Shown here piece after piece: positions 50,137 through 60,400 of a DNA stretch of 64,000 nt (its first letter is position 1; the number at the start of each line of letters is the position of its first letter). The DNA is taken from the NCBI GenBank assembly GCA_963666305.1, contig OY762722.1, forward strand, positions 130,037 to 194,036, written 5' to 3'. Position numbers and translations under genes: made by a program. The DNA is from Candidatus Poribacteria bacterium. Its GTDB lineage: Bacteria > Poribacteria > WGA-4E > WGA-3G. The notes under the pieces are model-generated. The model searched no databases. It was not told the origin of the DNA and was given only the letters and a program-made list of their open reading frames with translations.

Positions 50137-51000
50137 TTTCAAAGTTTTATAGCCCAATTTTCGGGTTCAGAAGCTTATATTGATGGGAATTTGAAAAAAA
50201 AATGTCAATTTATCTTAAAATGTAGTATAATTACAGTATGCCCAATGTGCAGTGTTGCATGATTTGTTCGTTGCCATTGTGAGGATACCCACAAATTTAT
50301 ACCAGGACCTATCGATATTTACTTGGGTCCTAAGACAATACAACCTTATTATTTATTTTCTATTGTCTTCGGGTATTTTCAGGAGACAGTAGTTGTCAAG
50401 ATGATCCTCATATTACGGATTCACCCTATCCTGCACAGCATTTTGTAGGAGTATTGCTTGCTTGGGTGCACGCGCGAACGATTTTTAGATTGCGACTCAT
50501 CCTTAAAATGGGCGAAAAATCGAAAATAAAATGGTGCTGATATAATTAAAGTTGAAAAATATGACGTTTGTGGTATGATATGTGAAATTACCACCCTAAA
50601 GCATGCGTTTTTTCTGTTAAAAACTTGACAGAAATTTGAATCAGTGCTATTTTTAAATGCTAAGAACAGTTTTGTGAGCATTTTATCACCTGTTTACTGA
50701 GAATTCTCGCAAAACAAACCCTTAATTCGTTGGAAGGAGACTTGCTCTTTACATGCTACGCATGGTATTTACAACTTTTGGATACCTGTTTGGCAGTAAC
50801 AAAGAAGAACGAAATCGAAGTAATGTTGGTTTCATTAACAAGATTTTGGGACTTTTCGTTTACATGTAAAGCAATTTTCATCCATTTTTAAGGTTTTTTG
50901 TCGGAAACCGAGGTAGGAACAGCGAAGAGTGAGAAATTCACATCGCAGTTCCGTCGCCCAAACATCCGATTCATTATTTCCAAGGAGGAAAAACAAAGTA

Positions 51001-54000
51001 ATGAACAGGCTAAAACAATCATTTGATGTTTTACTTGTAGCGACCTGTATCCTGAGTGCTTTTGTGCTTTACGGTTGTGGTGCACAGAGCCTTGGTCCAC
51101 AAGAACCCCTATTACCAACAATTGAGGGGAGTTCTAAATTTTCAGCACGGTTCCAATTGGAAGAAGAACCCCAGTTCTTCTATGACCTGTTTGGAAAAGA
51201 GCTGCTTGAGGGTAATGAGGTCTATAACTATCGCGAGCAGAAAGAGTTCGACCAGAATGGTGAATTGTTTGTTGGTTGGACCGGTCAGCTTGATAGCGAA
51301 AGATTCTCAGCGCAGCTGGATAGAACCGTCTTGACAGAAGACAGTTTCCGCGGTAGATATACCGAGTTTGCTATCGGCGATAGTATGCGTTTCAAACCGT
51401 CTACATTGTTCCCAAACCGCTATATTCTCTACAAAACAGAGTTTGATGGGCTTCGTTGGGATATCTCTTTCGCACAGGAACGTCATCTTTTCACGCTCAT
51501 CAATTCTCGTATCTCGAACCCTGTTCAGTTGACAGACGCAGCTGCGAACCTTGCACCGACTCTCGGACGTCGAAATGGTTTGAATGAAGACGCTGGCGTT
51601 CGCCATATTGAAAACGCACGTCTCGTGGGTTTCCGAGCCCAAGGACTTTTGGGCGACATTTTCCGCGTTGGGTTTACTTATGTCAACCTTCATAAAGAAC
51701 ACCCCGAGCGCGTTGAGAACCCGCTCATGGGTACTGTAGCGAATACACCGCCAGAGGTGATCTCTGTTGTTTTCCGCGATGACTCACCTGAAGACAATCA
51801 TGGATCCGTTACTCTATTTTCTGGCTATGATGAAGCCAAGCATGGTGGAAATATTCAAGGTGGTGTTGGTGCAGCTTTCAAGGGAATGACAGCTACCGTT
51901 ATCACACAAGCGTTGGAAGACTTAACACCCGAAGAGGTTGAAGATGGTGTTGAACCTAAAGCGCAACCCGCACAAACCCAAAAGATTGATATCTTCTCAA
52001 GCGATGTCACTCCTATTGATGTAGGCGGGCTTCCCTCTGATATCCGTGAATCCGGGGATTGGGCAATTGTGGACGGCTTCAATAAAATGAAGTATGATCT
52101 CGTTTTTGAGGAGCATGATATTGATCCACGGACTGTTCAATCGGTCATTTTTGAGATGGTCGTAGCAGGTGATTATAACATTGCTGTTATCGGATTCAGT
52201 GACGCTAACAAGGCAGCTGAAGGTGCTGATCCGTTCGCTGAAGAATGGATTAAAACCGAAGATGGTCACATTGAAATGCCATACCGCGATGTTATTGAAG
52301 CCCCCGGTAACTATGGACAATCTTCGGATTACATTACCAACCGCGCGAATCTCCATGATAATCCGGATCAATGGACAGGTGAAGGTAGACCACGCAAAGT
52401 CCGTTATCAATACGGCGCAGCACGTGCGGCACTTCTCTACGGGCTTGACTTAGAAGGTACTGTCGGCAATGTTTTCGTTCGGGCACATTATTCCATTAAC
52501 GGTAAATATAAGCAGTATCCGACAGTTCCCAAAGATCAGATTGGATTTAGTAGACTTAAGCCAACTATTATAGGTGAGGATGGCGAGGAAGAAACCGGCA
52601 TCTCCATCGATCCAGCAACAGGCTTGCCATTAGACCGGAATGGTATACCCACCTATTCGGAGACCCAGGGTGAACGGTTTGAAGCCAGGTTGGGTGGCGA
52701 CGGAACCGACGAAAGCGGCGATGGAGAACTGGGAAGAGAAACCGCATGGTTCGTTCAACTCAAATCCCGCTTTGGGAAGTTGTACCTTGAAGGGGTCTAC
52801 TACCATATTGATCCTGGGTACACCACAACCTATTACAACTTCGGTGCTAATACCGACAGAGATCAGCCCTACACGCTGGAGCGAACCCCCGAATCTCAGG
52901 CTGAAAGAGATCCATGGGATGAAGTTAATTACGCCCTCATTGAGGATGACGATGATGACGATGACTGGCCGGATGATATTGACTTCGACGGAGTCCTACC
53001 ACGTGCTGATGACAGAGACCAAAACGGGGTTTTGGATTTCCAAGAAGACTTTCTCATCTTTGATGCCGATCCACCGGTGTTTACCGACCTTGTTGATCTG
53101 AACAACAACGGTACAATTGATTCTCTTGAGGACGATTTTGAACCACAATATGAGTACGGGGTAGACAGGCAAGGATACCATGTCTTCGCTGAATATGACC
53201 TCCTTGATAACCTTTCACTCAAAGTTGGGTGGCTCAACGAAAACGAAGTTTCAAGCCGCCGGCAGAATGATTCCAAATACCTACATGTCACTTATCAACG
53301 CGACATTCCGGATTTTGGAACTGTACTTTTCCAAAACCGTTTCGTCCGAGTCCGCGACGATATTCCAGATTACACCATTACACTACGTGTCGGTGAATTG
53401 GAGCCTGTCCAAATTTCCGATGAGCTTGATTTCTACAATGCTCGTGTGAATACGACAACGCTACAGTTCCTCTACACTGCTGTTCCTAACCTCACACTTG
53501 AAGCGAAGTTCCTCGTTGTCCTCCAAAAACAGTTTGAGCAGGATGAAGACGGAGCGATTTTCTTGGATGTTGAAGGTTCAGGAGAAGATGGCGATCCACT
53601 CAATGCCGATCAACGTGTTGACTTCATGGTCCCCGTTGAGCAGGTCCGAGCCTCCGGTGACAAACGGGAATTCCCATTCTATCCAGACCACGGAATTAAC
53701 GCTCTTAACCCTGAGGATCCGGGCTTGATTTATGATGCCGAAAACTGGAAGAAGCGTCGTTATCCAGAACGGGATATTCGCAATCAGCAGACGATTCTCA
53801 AGGCGAGATACGAGCTCCCACTTGGGGACCTCCCCTTTGTTGATAAAATCGGTGAAGATTTGACGCTTACACCGATGGTGAAGTACATTTGGGACCGCGC
53901 TTTTGACCGCGGCGCAGAGGAAATTGGGGACGCTCTTAACCCACGTCTGTTTGTTCCGACTGATGATGAACCCATCGAATACTTGCGCTTCAACCGGAGA

Positions 54001-54321
54001 AGTCGTGAAGATGTTCTCGGCGTACGGCTCGACTATCAGTTCACGCAACGAATGAACATTCTTGGTGGTTTCCAGTACAGGAAATTCACCAACCGGGATG
54101 GTAACTTCAAACAATATTTGACGAATTTCCCGGAAGATGAGGATGTACCCGTCCTTTTCCGACCCGACCTACGAACACGGATATTTGAAGTTCAAGCAAT
54201 CAACCGTGGTGAATGGCTTGGGTTTAACATTGTTATTCTCGCTGGTTACCGGCGAACCACCATCTTGCTCGATCATACGACGAGTAATACGACGTTTGTG
54301 CGAGCAATGATGGGCTTCTAA
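51001..54321 (+). CDS. large outer-membrane lipoprotein/beta-barrel protein with poly-Asp calcium-binding-like repeats
   Basis: Start placed at ATG 51001 (AGGAGG RBS, lipobox SAFVLYGCG). Central DDDDDDDWPDDIDFDG...DRDQNGVLDF...DLNNNGTIDSLEDDF repeats. Beta-strand-rich C-terminus ends in an aromatic residue (...RAMMGF). Confidence 0.5.
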   Translation: MNRLKQSFDVLLVATCILSAFVLYGCGAQSLGPQEPLLPTIEGSSKFSARFQLEEEPQFFYDLFGKELLEGNEVYNYREQKEFDQNGELFVGWTGQLDSERFSAQLDRTVLTEDSFRGRYTEFAIGDSMRFKPSTLFPNRYILYKTEFDGLRWDISFAQERHLFTLINSRISNPVQLTDAAANLAPTLGRRNGLNEDAGVRHIENARLVGFRAQGLLGDIFRVGFTYVNLHKEHPERVENPLMGTVANTPPEVISVVFRDDSPEDNHGSVTLFSGYDEAKHGGNIQGGVGAAFKGMTATVITQALEDLTPEEVEDGVEPKAQPAQTQKIDIFSSDVTPIDVGGLPSDIRESGDWAIVDGFNKMKYDLVFEEHDIDPRTVQSVIFEMVVAGDYNIAVIGFSDANKAAEGADPFAEEWIKTEDGHIEMPYRDVIEAPGNYGQSSDYITNRANLHDNPDQWTGEGRPRKVRYQYGAARAALLYGLDLEGTVGNVFVRAHYSINGKYKQYPTVPKDQIGFSRLKPTIIGEDGEEETGISIDPATGLPLDRNGIPTYSETQGERFEARLGGDGTDESGDGELGRETAWFVQLKSRFGKLYLEGVYYHIDPGYTTTYYNFGANTDRDQPYTLERTPESQAERDPWDEVNYALIEDDDDDDDWPDDIDFDGVLPRADDRDQNGVLDFQEDFLIFDADPPVFTDLVDLNNNGTIDSLEDDFEPQYEYGVDRQGYHVFAEYDLLDNLSLKVGWLNENEVSSRRQNDSKYLHVTYQRDIPDFGTVLFQNRFVRVRDDIPDYTITLRVGELEPVQISDELDFYNARVNTTTLQFLYTAVPNLTLEAKFLVVLQKQFEQDEDGAIFLDVEGSGEDGDPLNADQRVDFMVPVEQVRASGDKREFPFYPDHGINALNPEDPGLIYDAENWKKRRYPERDIRNQQTILKARYELPLGDLPFVDKIGEDLTLTPMVKYIWDRAFDRGAEEIGDALNPRLFVPTDDEPIEYLRFNRRSREDVLGVRLDYQFTQRMNILGGFQYRKFTNRDGNFKQYLTNFPEDEDVPVLFRPDLRTRIFEVQAINRGEWLGFNIVILAGYRRTTILLDHTTSNTTFVRAMMGF

Positions 54322-54646
54322 GAGGTGTTTGAATCGCTGGACACGAAGAAATTGTGTCCAGCGATTTCGCGTCTCGCTTTATCACTTGTGCTTCCTTTTT
54401 CCATGAGGTTTGAATAAAACTCGCGTAACTTCCGAAGCACTCAGGTGTTATTAACAAGAATGGTGTTGTAAGTGGTAGGCGCGGTTCTTGTCGCTCCTAC
54501 CCAACCAGAAAACTTATGTAGCTTTTAAAATGCTCAAGTGTTAGCAAAATTGAGTTGTTGGGCGAGGTTCCCGCAACACTTTATGAGATGATTTGTAAAA
54601 ACTTGCCAGCGTATTCGGCAAGTTACCCTAAGGAGGATCAAAACGA

Positions 54647-55639
54647 ATGACTCGTTTAAGTTTGGTGTTAATGTTGGTTGCTTGTCTCGGTATGTCTGCC
54701 GGTGTTGTCTTCGCACAAGATAGCGGAGGAACCGTCCGCGGTCAGATTGTTGATACAACCACAGCACAAAGCCCTATTGAAAGCGTTGAAGTCAAGATTG
54801 TTGCCCAAAGTGGCGAAGAATTTGCAGCGACGACGGATGCTAACGGCGACTACGAGCGCTCGGGTGTTCCCGCAGGTCGTTACCTCATCAGTATCTATAG
54901 AGAAGGATATGGCGATCGGCTTGGTAAACCCGTTACAGTCGTTAATGGTGGCGACCACTTTGTCCCACTCAAGATGACTAAAAAAGACAATATCGTTACT
55001 TTCTTCCAGAAGTTCGGATTCGTCTTCTGGCCCCTTGCCCTCTGTTCCATCACGGCGTTGACTTTCATTATTGAAAGACTTTTCACCTTCGTTCGGAGCC
55101 GTTCTCGAATTGGAACCGAACAGTTCATCGCCAGCATTGCTGATTCACTGCGGAAAGAGAACATTATGGAAGCCGTCTCGACTTGTGAAGAAGCCGGTGG
55201 ACCGCTTGCTAACGTTCTTAAAGCAGGATTGCTGCGATACAGCCAAGCCCAAATTGAGGAACGCGACATTACCAAAGAGGAAATTCAGGAATCTATTGAG
55301 GAAGCAAGTCTGCTTGAAATCCCTGAACTCGAAAGAAATCTGCCGGTCCTTGGTACCGTTGCAGTCGTGTCTCCGCTGTTTGGTCTGCTTGGAACAGTTA
55401 CAGGTATGATTAGTGCGTTTACTACAATCGCTCTTGAAGGTACTGGTGACCCGCAGCAGCTTGCTGGTGGTATCTCACAGGCACTTCTCACAACTGCTGC
55501 TGGCTTGACAGTTGCTATCCCCTGTCTGATTTTCTTCCAGCTCTTTGATAGTTGGGTCAACAGGCACATGGTTGAGATCTCTCAGGTTTCTACCGAGATT
55601 GTGAACCAGTTGATTATTGGCGAAGGCGGCGATGCCTAA
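54647..55639 (+). CDS. exbB: carboxypeptidase-regulatory-like domain fused to MotA/TolQ/ExbB proton channel
   Basis: Signal peptide plus VRGQIVD...DANGDYERSGVPAGRYLISIYREGY (CarboxypepD_reg fold). C-terminal three-TM MotA/ExbB domain with LGLLGTVTGMI...ALLTTAAGLTVAIP. Confidence 0.75.
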   Translation: MTRLSLVLMLVACLGMSAGVVFAQDSGGTVRGQIVDTTTAQSPIESVEVKIVAQSGEEFAATTDANGDYERSGVPAGRYLISIYREGYGDRLGKPVTVVNGGDHFVPLKMTKKDNIVTFFQKFGFVFWPLALCSITALTFIIERLFTFVRSRSRIGTEQFIASIADSLRKENIMEAVSTCEEAGGPLANVLKAGLLRYSQAQIEERDITKEEIQESIEEASLLEIPELERNLPVLGTVAVVSPLFGLLGTVTGMISAFTTIALEGTGDPQQLAGGISQALLTTAAGLTVAIPCLIFFQLFDSWVNRHMVEISQVSTEIVNQLIIGEGGDA

Positions 55640-55752
55640 TCTTGGAATGGAACGGGCGGGTACTTTCACTCGCCCTCTCCTAATAGACTTTGTAGGCTAC
55701 CAGGTCCTCGTATCTTAGCCTTAGTCTCATTAACGAAAAAGGAGATTCTAAA

Positions 55753-56205
55753 ATGCAACAAGCCGGCGGTGACGTCAAATTGAGTTTGCTTGCGACCAAA
55801 ATTCGGGAACGTAAGCCACCAACACTCAGTATGGCACCTATGATTGATTGTGTGTTCCTGCTCCTGATCTTCTTCATGGTATCGACAACCTTCTCGCCGA
55901 TTCCGGGCCTCCGGGTGCAACTCCCCCCACCGGGGAAACCGTCACCCGACAAACCCAAAGGTCTGACTGTCCGAATCGCAAATCCGGAACCTGGCGATGA
56001 CAGAGGCACCATGGTGCTGAATGATGAGGTCGTCCAGGTTGATGAAATGTTCAACCGATTCATCAATGCGCCCGAGGAAGCAACAAGTATGTTGATTATC
56101 CAATCAGAGCGAGACGTGTTACATGAGCAGATCGTGCAAGTGATGGATATCGCAAAACAGGCAGGTATAGATAAAATCGGGTTCGCTATTGTCGCGAGAG
56201 ACTGA
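55753..56205 (+). CDS. exbD: biopolymer transport protein ExbD/TolR
   Basis: MAPMIDCVFLLLIFFMVSTTF single TM plus a periplasmic domain. 150 aa. Confidence 0.8.
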   Translation: MQQAGGDVKLSLLATKIRERKPPTLSMAPMIDCVFLLLIFFMVSTTFSPIPGLRVQLPPPGKPSPDKPKGLTVRIANPEPGDDRGTMVLNDEVVQVDEMFNRFINAPEEATSMLIIQSERDVLHEQIVQVMDIAKQAGIDKIGFAIVARD

Positions 56206-56258
56206 CTTATCTCACGCGATAACAATAGCACTCCACTCTTTACAGGAGGAGAATTTAG

Positions 56259-56678
56259 ATGGCTTTGAACATGTCTCGGCGGAAAAAAACAGGCGACGAT
56301 GATGACATTCCGATGGCACCTATGATCGATTGTGTCTTTTTGTTGCTTATCTTCTTCATGGTGTCTGCTGTCATGAAAGCTCAACCGCCTTTCACCGTCA
56401 CCTTACCTGATTCCGCAACGAAGCACGAATTTACACGGAAGAAGTTCAACCTCTTCATTAGCACTGACGGACGGATATCGATCGATGACCAAGAGATGTT
56501 GACACTGGAAGATATGGAGCTTTTCATTGCGGCTCATGAAAACCAGATCAGCACCCTAATTATCAAAGCGGATAAGCGTGCAAAACACGGGGTCGTCATT
56601 GATGTCGTGGAACGAGCGAAACAACGCTCCAGTAAAACAGAGGGGCTTGAAATCGCTTTCGCGGTCTTAGAAGAGTAA
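56259..56678 (+). CDS. exbD: biopolymer transport protein ExbD/TolR
   Basis: PMAPMIDCVFLLLIFFMVSAV. 139 aa. Confidence 0.8.
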   Translation: MALNMSRRKKTGDDDDIPMAPMIDCVFLLLIFFMVSAVMKAQPPFTVTLPDSATKHEFTRKKFNLFISTDGRISIDDQEMLTLEDMELFIAAHENQISTLIIKADKRAKHGVVIDVVERAKQRSSKTEGLEIAFAVLEE

Positions 56679-56708
56679 TGAAAACTGCAACGCAGTTAAC
56701 ACAAAAAA

Positions 56709-56733
56709 GGCAGCTTCGGCTGCCTTTTTTTTT
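56709..56733 (+). terminator. rho-independent terminator
   Basis: GGCAGC-TTCG-GCTGCC followed by T9. Confidence 0.65.
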
Positions 56734-56889
56734 GCTCATCTAATAACCAGAAGAATCATCTGAAGAACACGCGTAACCTCATAAATTTTCAGGTGTTTTA
56801 AAACTAACAATGGTGTAAATGAAACGTTATTCTTTCGTACTTGTTTCACGCGACGACAATAGCACTTCACTCTTTACAGGAGAATTCAA

Positions 56890-57246
56890 ATGGCTTTGAA
56901 CATGTCTCGACGGAAGAAAACAGGTGACAATAATGACATTCCGATGGCACCTATGATTGATTGTATCTTCTTGTTGCTTATTTTCTTTTTAGTATCTGTT
57001 GGCATGCGGGTTCCTCCGCCTTTCACTGGCACTTTACCCGATTCCGCAACCAAGCACGAGTTCACACGGGAGAAGTCTAATCTCTTCATTAGCAGTGACG
57101 GACGAATTTCGATTGATGATCAGGAGATGTTGACGCTGGAAGATATGGAGCTTTTCATTGCGAGTCATAAAAACCAGATCAGCACTCTAATTATCAAAGC
57201 GGATAAGCGTACAAAACACAGGGTCGTCATTGACGTCGTAGAATGA
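56890..57246 (+). CDS. exbD: ExbD/TolR paralog, C-terminally truncated copy from tandem duplication
   Basis: 118 aa, about 85% identical to 56259..56678. A premature TGA (CGA to TGA) removes about 21 C-terminal residues. Sequence homology continues past the stop. Confidence 0.6.
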   Translation: MALNMSRRKKTGDNNDIPMAPMIDCIFLLLIFFLVSVGMRVPPPFTGTLPDSATKHEFTREKSNLFISSDGRISIDDQEMLTLEDMELFIASHKNQISTLIIKADKRTKHRVVIDVVE

Positions 57247-57339
57247 GCGAAATAGGGCTCCAGTAAAACAGAGGGGCTTGAAATCGCTTTCGCGGTCTTA
57301 GAAGAGTAATGAAAACTGCAACGCAGTTAACACAAAAAA

Positions 57340-57364
57340 GACAGCTTCGGCTGCCTTTTTTTTT
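57340..57364. terminator. bidirectional rho-independent terminator between exbD copy and gltB
   Basis: GACAGC-TTCG-GCTGCC followed by T9. On the opposite strand an A-tract precedes and a T-rich segment follows the stem, and gltB ends 53 nt away. Confidence 0.55.
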
Positions 57365-57416
57365 GGTAATATACTGTCAAAGGTAGGTATTTGACACCTA
57401 TCCCACAGCTGAGTCT

Positions 57417-60400
57417 TTAGCGTTTACGGCTTCTGCGTCCCGTGGCTCTTCTTTTCAGCTGGACAGGTGCCGGAGGGGGTGGTGGCGGCGGTGTTATAAC
57501 CTTCCAAAAGTGTGAGAGGAAAGTCTCCCAATTCGTAAGGATTTTCTCGGCATATTCACTACCGGTATATGCGGCGTGATTTTGTATAAGTGCCATCAGA
57601 TTCTTAATATCTGTCTCACCCGTCACCTTTTCTAACTTCACCCAATCCAAGTTGTACTTCTTCTCGAACTGTTGTTTTTCGTCAAGAACATAGACAGTGC
57701 CACCGGTCATCCCAGCTCCAAAGTTTCTACCCGTTTCGCCGAGAATTACGGCTGTCCCTGCGGTCATGTATTCACAACCGTGATCCCCGACACCTTCAAC
57801 GACAGCGGTTGCACCGCTATTTCGGACACAGAATCGTTCGCCGGCTCGTCCCGCTGCGTAAAGCGTACCGCCTGTAGCACCGTACAACACTGTGTTCCCG
57901 ATGATTGTATTTTTATAAGTTGGGAACTGTGCAGTTGGCGCGGGCTTAATAATAATTTCTCCACCTGCCATGCCCTTTCCTACATAGTCATTAGCTTCGC
58001 CTGTTAACGCGAATTGTACACCGCTAATACAGAAAGCACCGAAACTCTGTCCCGCGCTGCCCCTAAAGTCGCACTGAATCGTCCTATCAGGTAAGCCAAC
58101 GTCGCCATAGCGCATTGCAATTTCACCGGATAACTTTGCTCCGACTGTCCGGTGTGTATTACGGATCGGATAAGAGAGTTGGATCGATGTTTTCTGTAAG
58201 ATTGCGTCCTTAGCATCCTTCAGAATCCGATCGTCAAGAGAAATGTCATCCCGATTGTTTCGCTCTTGCAGATGGTAACGCGGCTGCGTTCCAGTTGGAT
58301 CGGCAGGGGTCAGGATTTCGCTCAAATCCAGTGTTCCTGCTTTCGGATAATCTGCCAAATCGACCGGTTGAAGCAATTCTGGGCGTCCGATAATATCGTT
58401 GAGGCTTCTGTGCCCGAGGTTGGCGAGAATGACTCGCACCTCGCTCGCCACACCGAGCATGAAATTGACAACCATTTCCGGTGTGCCGGGGTATTTCGCA
58501 CGGAGTGCTGGATCTTGGGTAGCTACACCAACCGGACATGTATTTAAGTGGCACTGGCGTGCCATCACACATCCTGTCGCGACCATCGCTATCGTTCCAA
58601 ACCCATATTCTTCTGCCCCCAACATTGCAGCAATAACAATGTCGCGTCCCGAACGCATCCCGCCGTCAGCCCGTAACACGACACGATCCCGCAATTCATT
58701 TGTCACGAGGGCACGCTGTGTTTCAGCAAGTCCAAGTTCCCAAGGAGTCCCTGCGTTCTTAATGGAACTGAGCGGTGAGGCTCCGGTGCCTCCTTCATGC
58801 CCACTTATTTGTATTACATCAGCGTAGCCCTTTGCCACCCCTGACGCAATCGTTCCCACCAGAAATTCGGATACCAGTTTTACAGCTACCTTTGCTCGCG
58901 GGTTCGCTTGTTTCAGATCGTAGATGAGTTGTGCCAAATCCTCAATGGAGTAGATGTCATGATGTGGAGGCGGCGAGATCAGTGGTACCCCCGGTACAGA
59001 GTGTCGAAGAGCCGCGATTTCGGCTGTCACCTTATGTCCTGGAATCTGTCCACCTTCTCCGGGTTTTGAACCTTGCGCCATCTTAATTTCCAGTTCCTTC
59101 GCCGATATGAGGTATGTTGGAGTCACGCCGAAACGTCCAGATGCCACCTGTTTGATGGCACTGGAAGCAAGGTCACCATTGGGTTGCCGCTTGAAGCGCG
59201 TGCTGCTTTCACCGCCTTCTCCACTCCCGGATTTTGCCCCAAGGCGATTCATCGCGATTGCCAAGGTTTCGTGTGTCTCTCGACTTAACGCGCCAAAGGA
59301 CATACTACCGGTTGTGAAACGTCGAACGATATCTTCCGCTGGTTCTACCTCTTCAACCGGAATAGGCGTACTGGGTTTGAAAGCAAGCAGATCTCGTAGA
59401 CTGGAAGGTTCTCCATCCTCAACAGCGGCGGCATATTTTTCATAGTCCTCCGGCTTACCGCCCTTGACAAACCGGTGAAGCGACTTAAACACCGTCGGAT
59501 TATAGGCATGGAATTCTCCATTTCTACGGAACCGGAAATAGCCTGCTTCCTCTAAGGACGCGGAACCTTCACTTCGAGAAAATGCTTTCGCGTGAAAGTG
59601 AAGGGTTTCCGCTGCAATCTCAGCAAAGCCAATGCCACTTAAGCGTGAGGTGGTACCTGTAAAGCATTTATCAATAACTGTTGCATTGATACCAAGGGCT
59701 TCAAAGATCTGGGCACCATGATAACTCGACACCGCCGAAATTCCCATCTTTGCCATAATTTTCAAAATACCTTTTTCGACGGTTGCTTTATAGGTTTCAA
59801 TGGCTCCGAGTGGGGTGAGTTCTGCGAATTCACCGTCCTCAGCAAGTTGAACAATCGTTGAGAAGGCAAGATAAGGGTTGATTGCAGCTGCCCCGTAACC
59901 GAGAAGAACAGCGAAGTGATGTTCTTCTCTTGCATCTCCGGTTTCGGCGATGAGACTTGCTCGCATTCGCTTTTCTTCCCGAATCAAATGGTGATGGACA
60001 GCACCGACAGCGAGTGCCATCGGAATCGGAGCAAAGTCAGAACTAACCTCTTTGTCACTTAGCACAAGAATTGTTGCTCCTGCATCAATTGCCTCAGAGG
60101 CACGTTGACATAGTGTTTCTAAGACCTCTTCCAAACCCTGTTTGCCAGAGGCAACGGGGAAGCATACAGAGAGTGTCGCTACCTGAAAATCGGGGATATT
60201 CAGTTCTCGCAACGCTTGTAAATCTGTGTTTGTCAAAATTGGCGAGGGTACCCGAATAAGTCGAGCGTGTTCTGATGTTTCTGTGAGCAAACTCCGCTGT
60301 TGTCCAAGATGTGTTGTCAGGGACATCACCAAACGTTCCCGGATGGAATCGATAGGTGGATTCGTAACCTGCGCGAAACGCTGTTTAAAGTAACTATAGA

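Larger units (their letters stand above)
56211..57368 (+). repeat. ~635-bp tandem duplication (exbD with its 5' leader and terminator), 2 copies
   Basis: Copy 1 spans about 56211-56740 and copy 2 about 56846-57368. Shared leader CACGCGA..AATAGCACTyCACTCTTTACAGGAG and a shared terminator. Confidence 0.75.
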
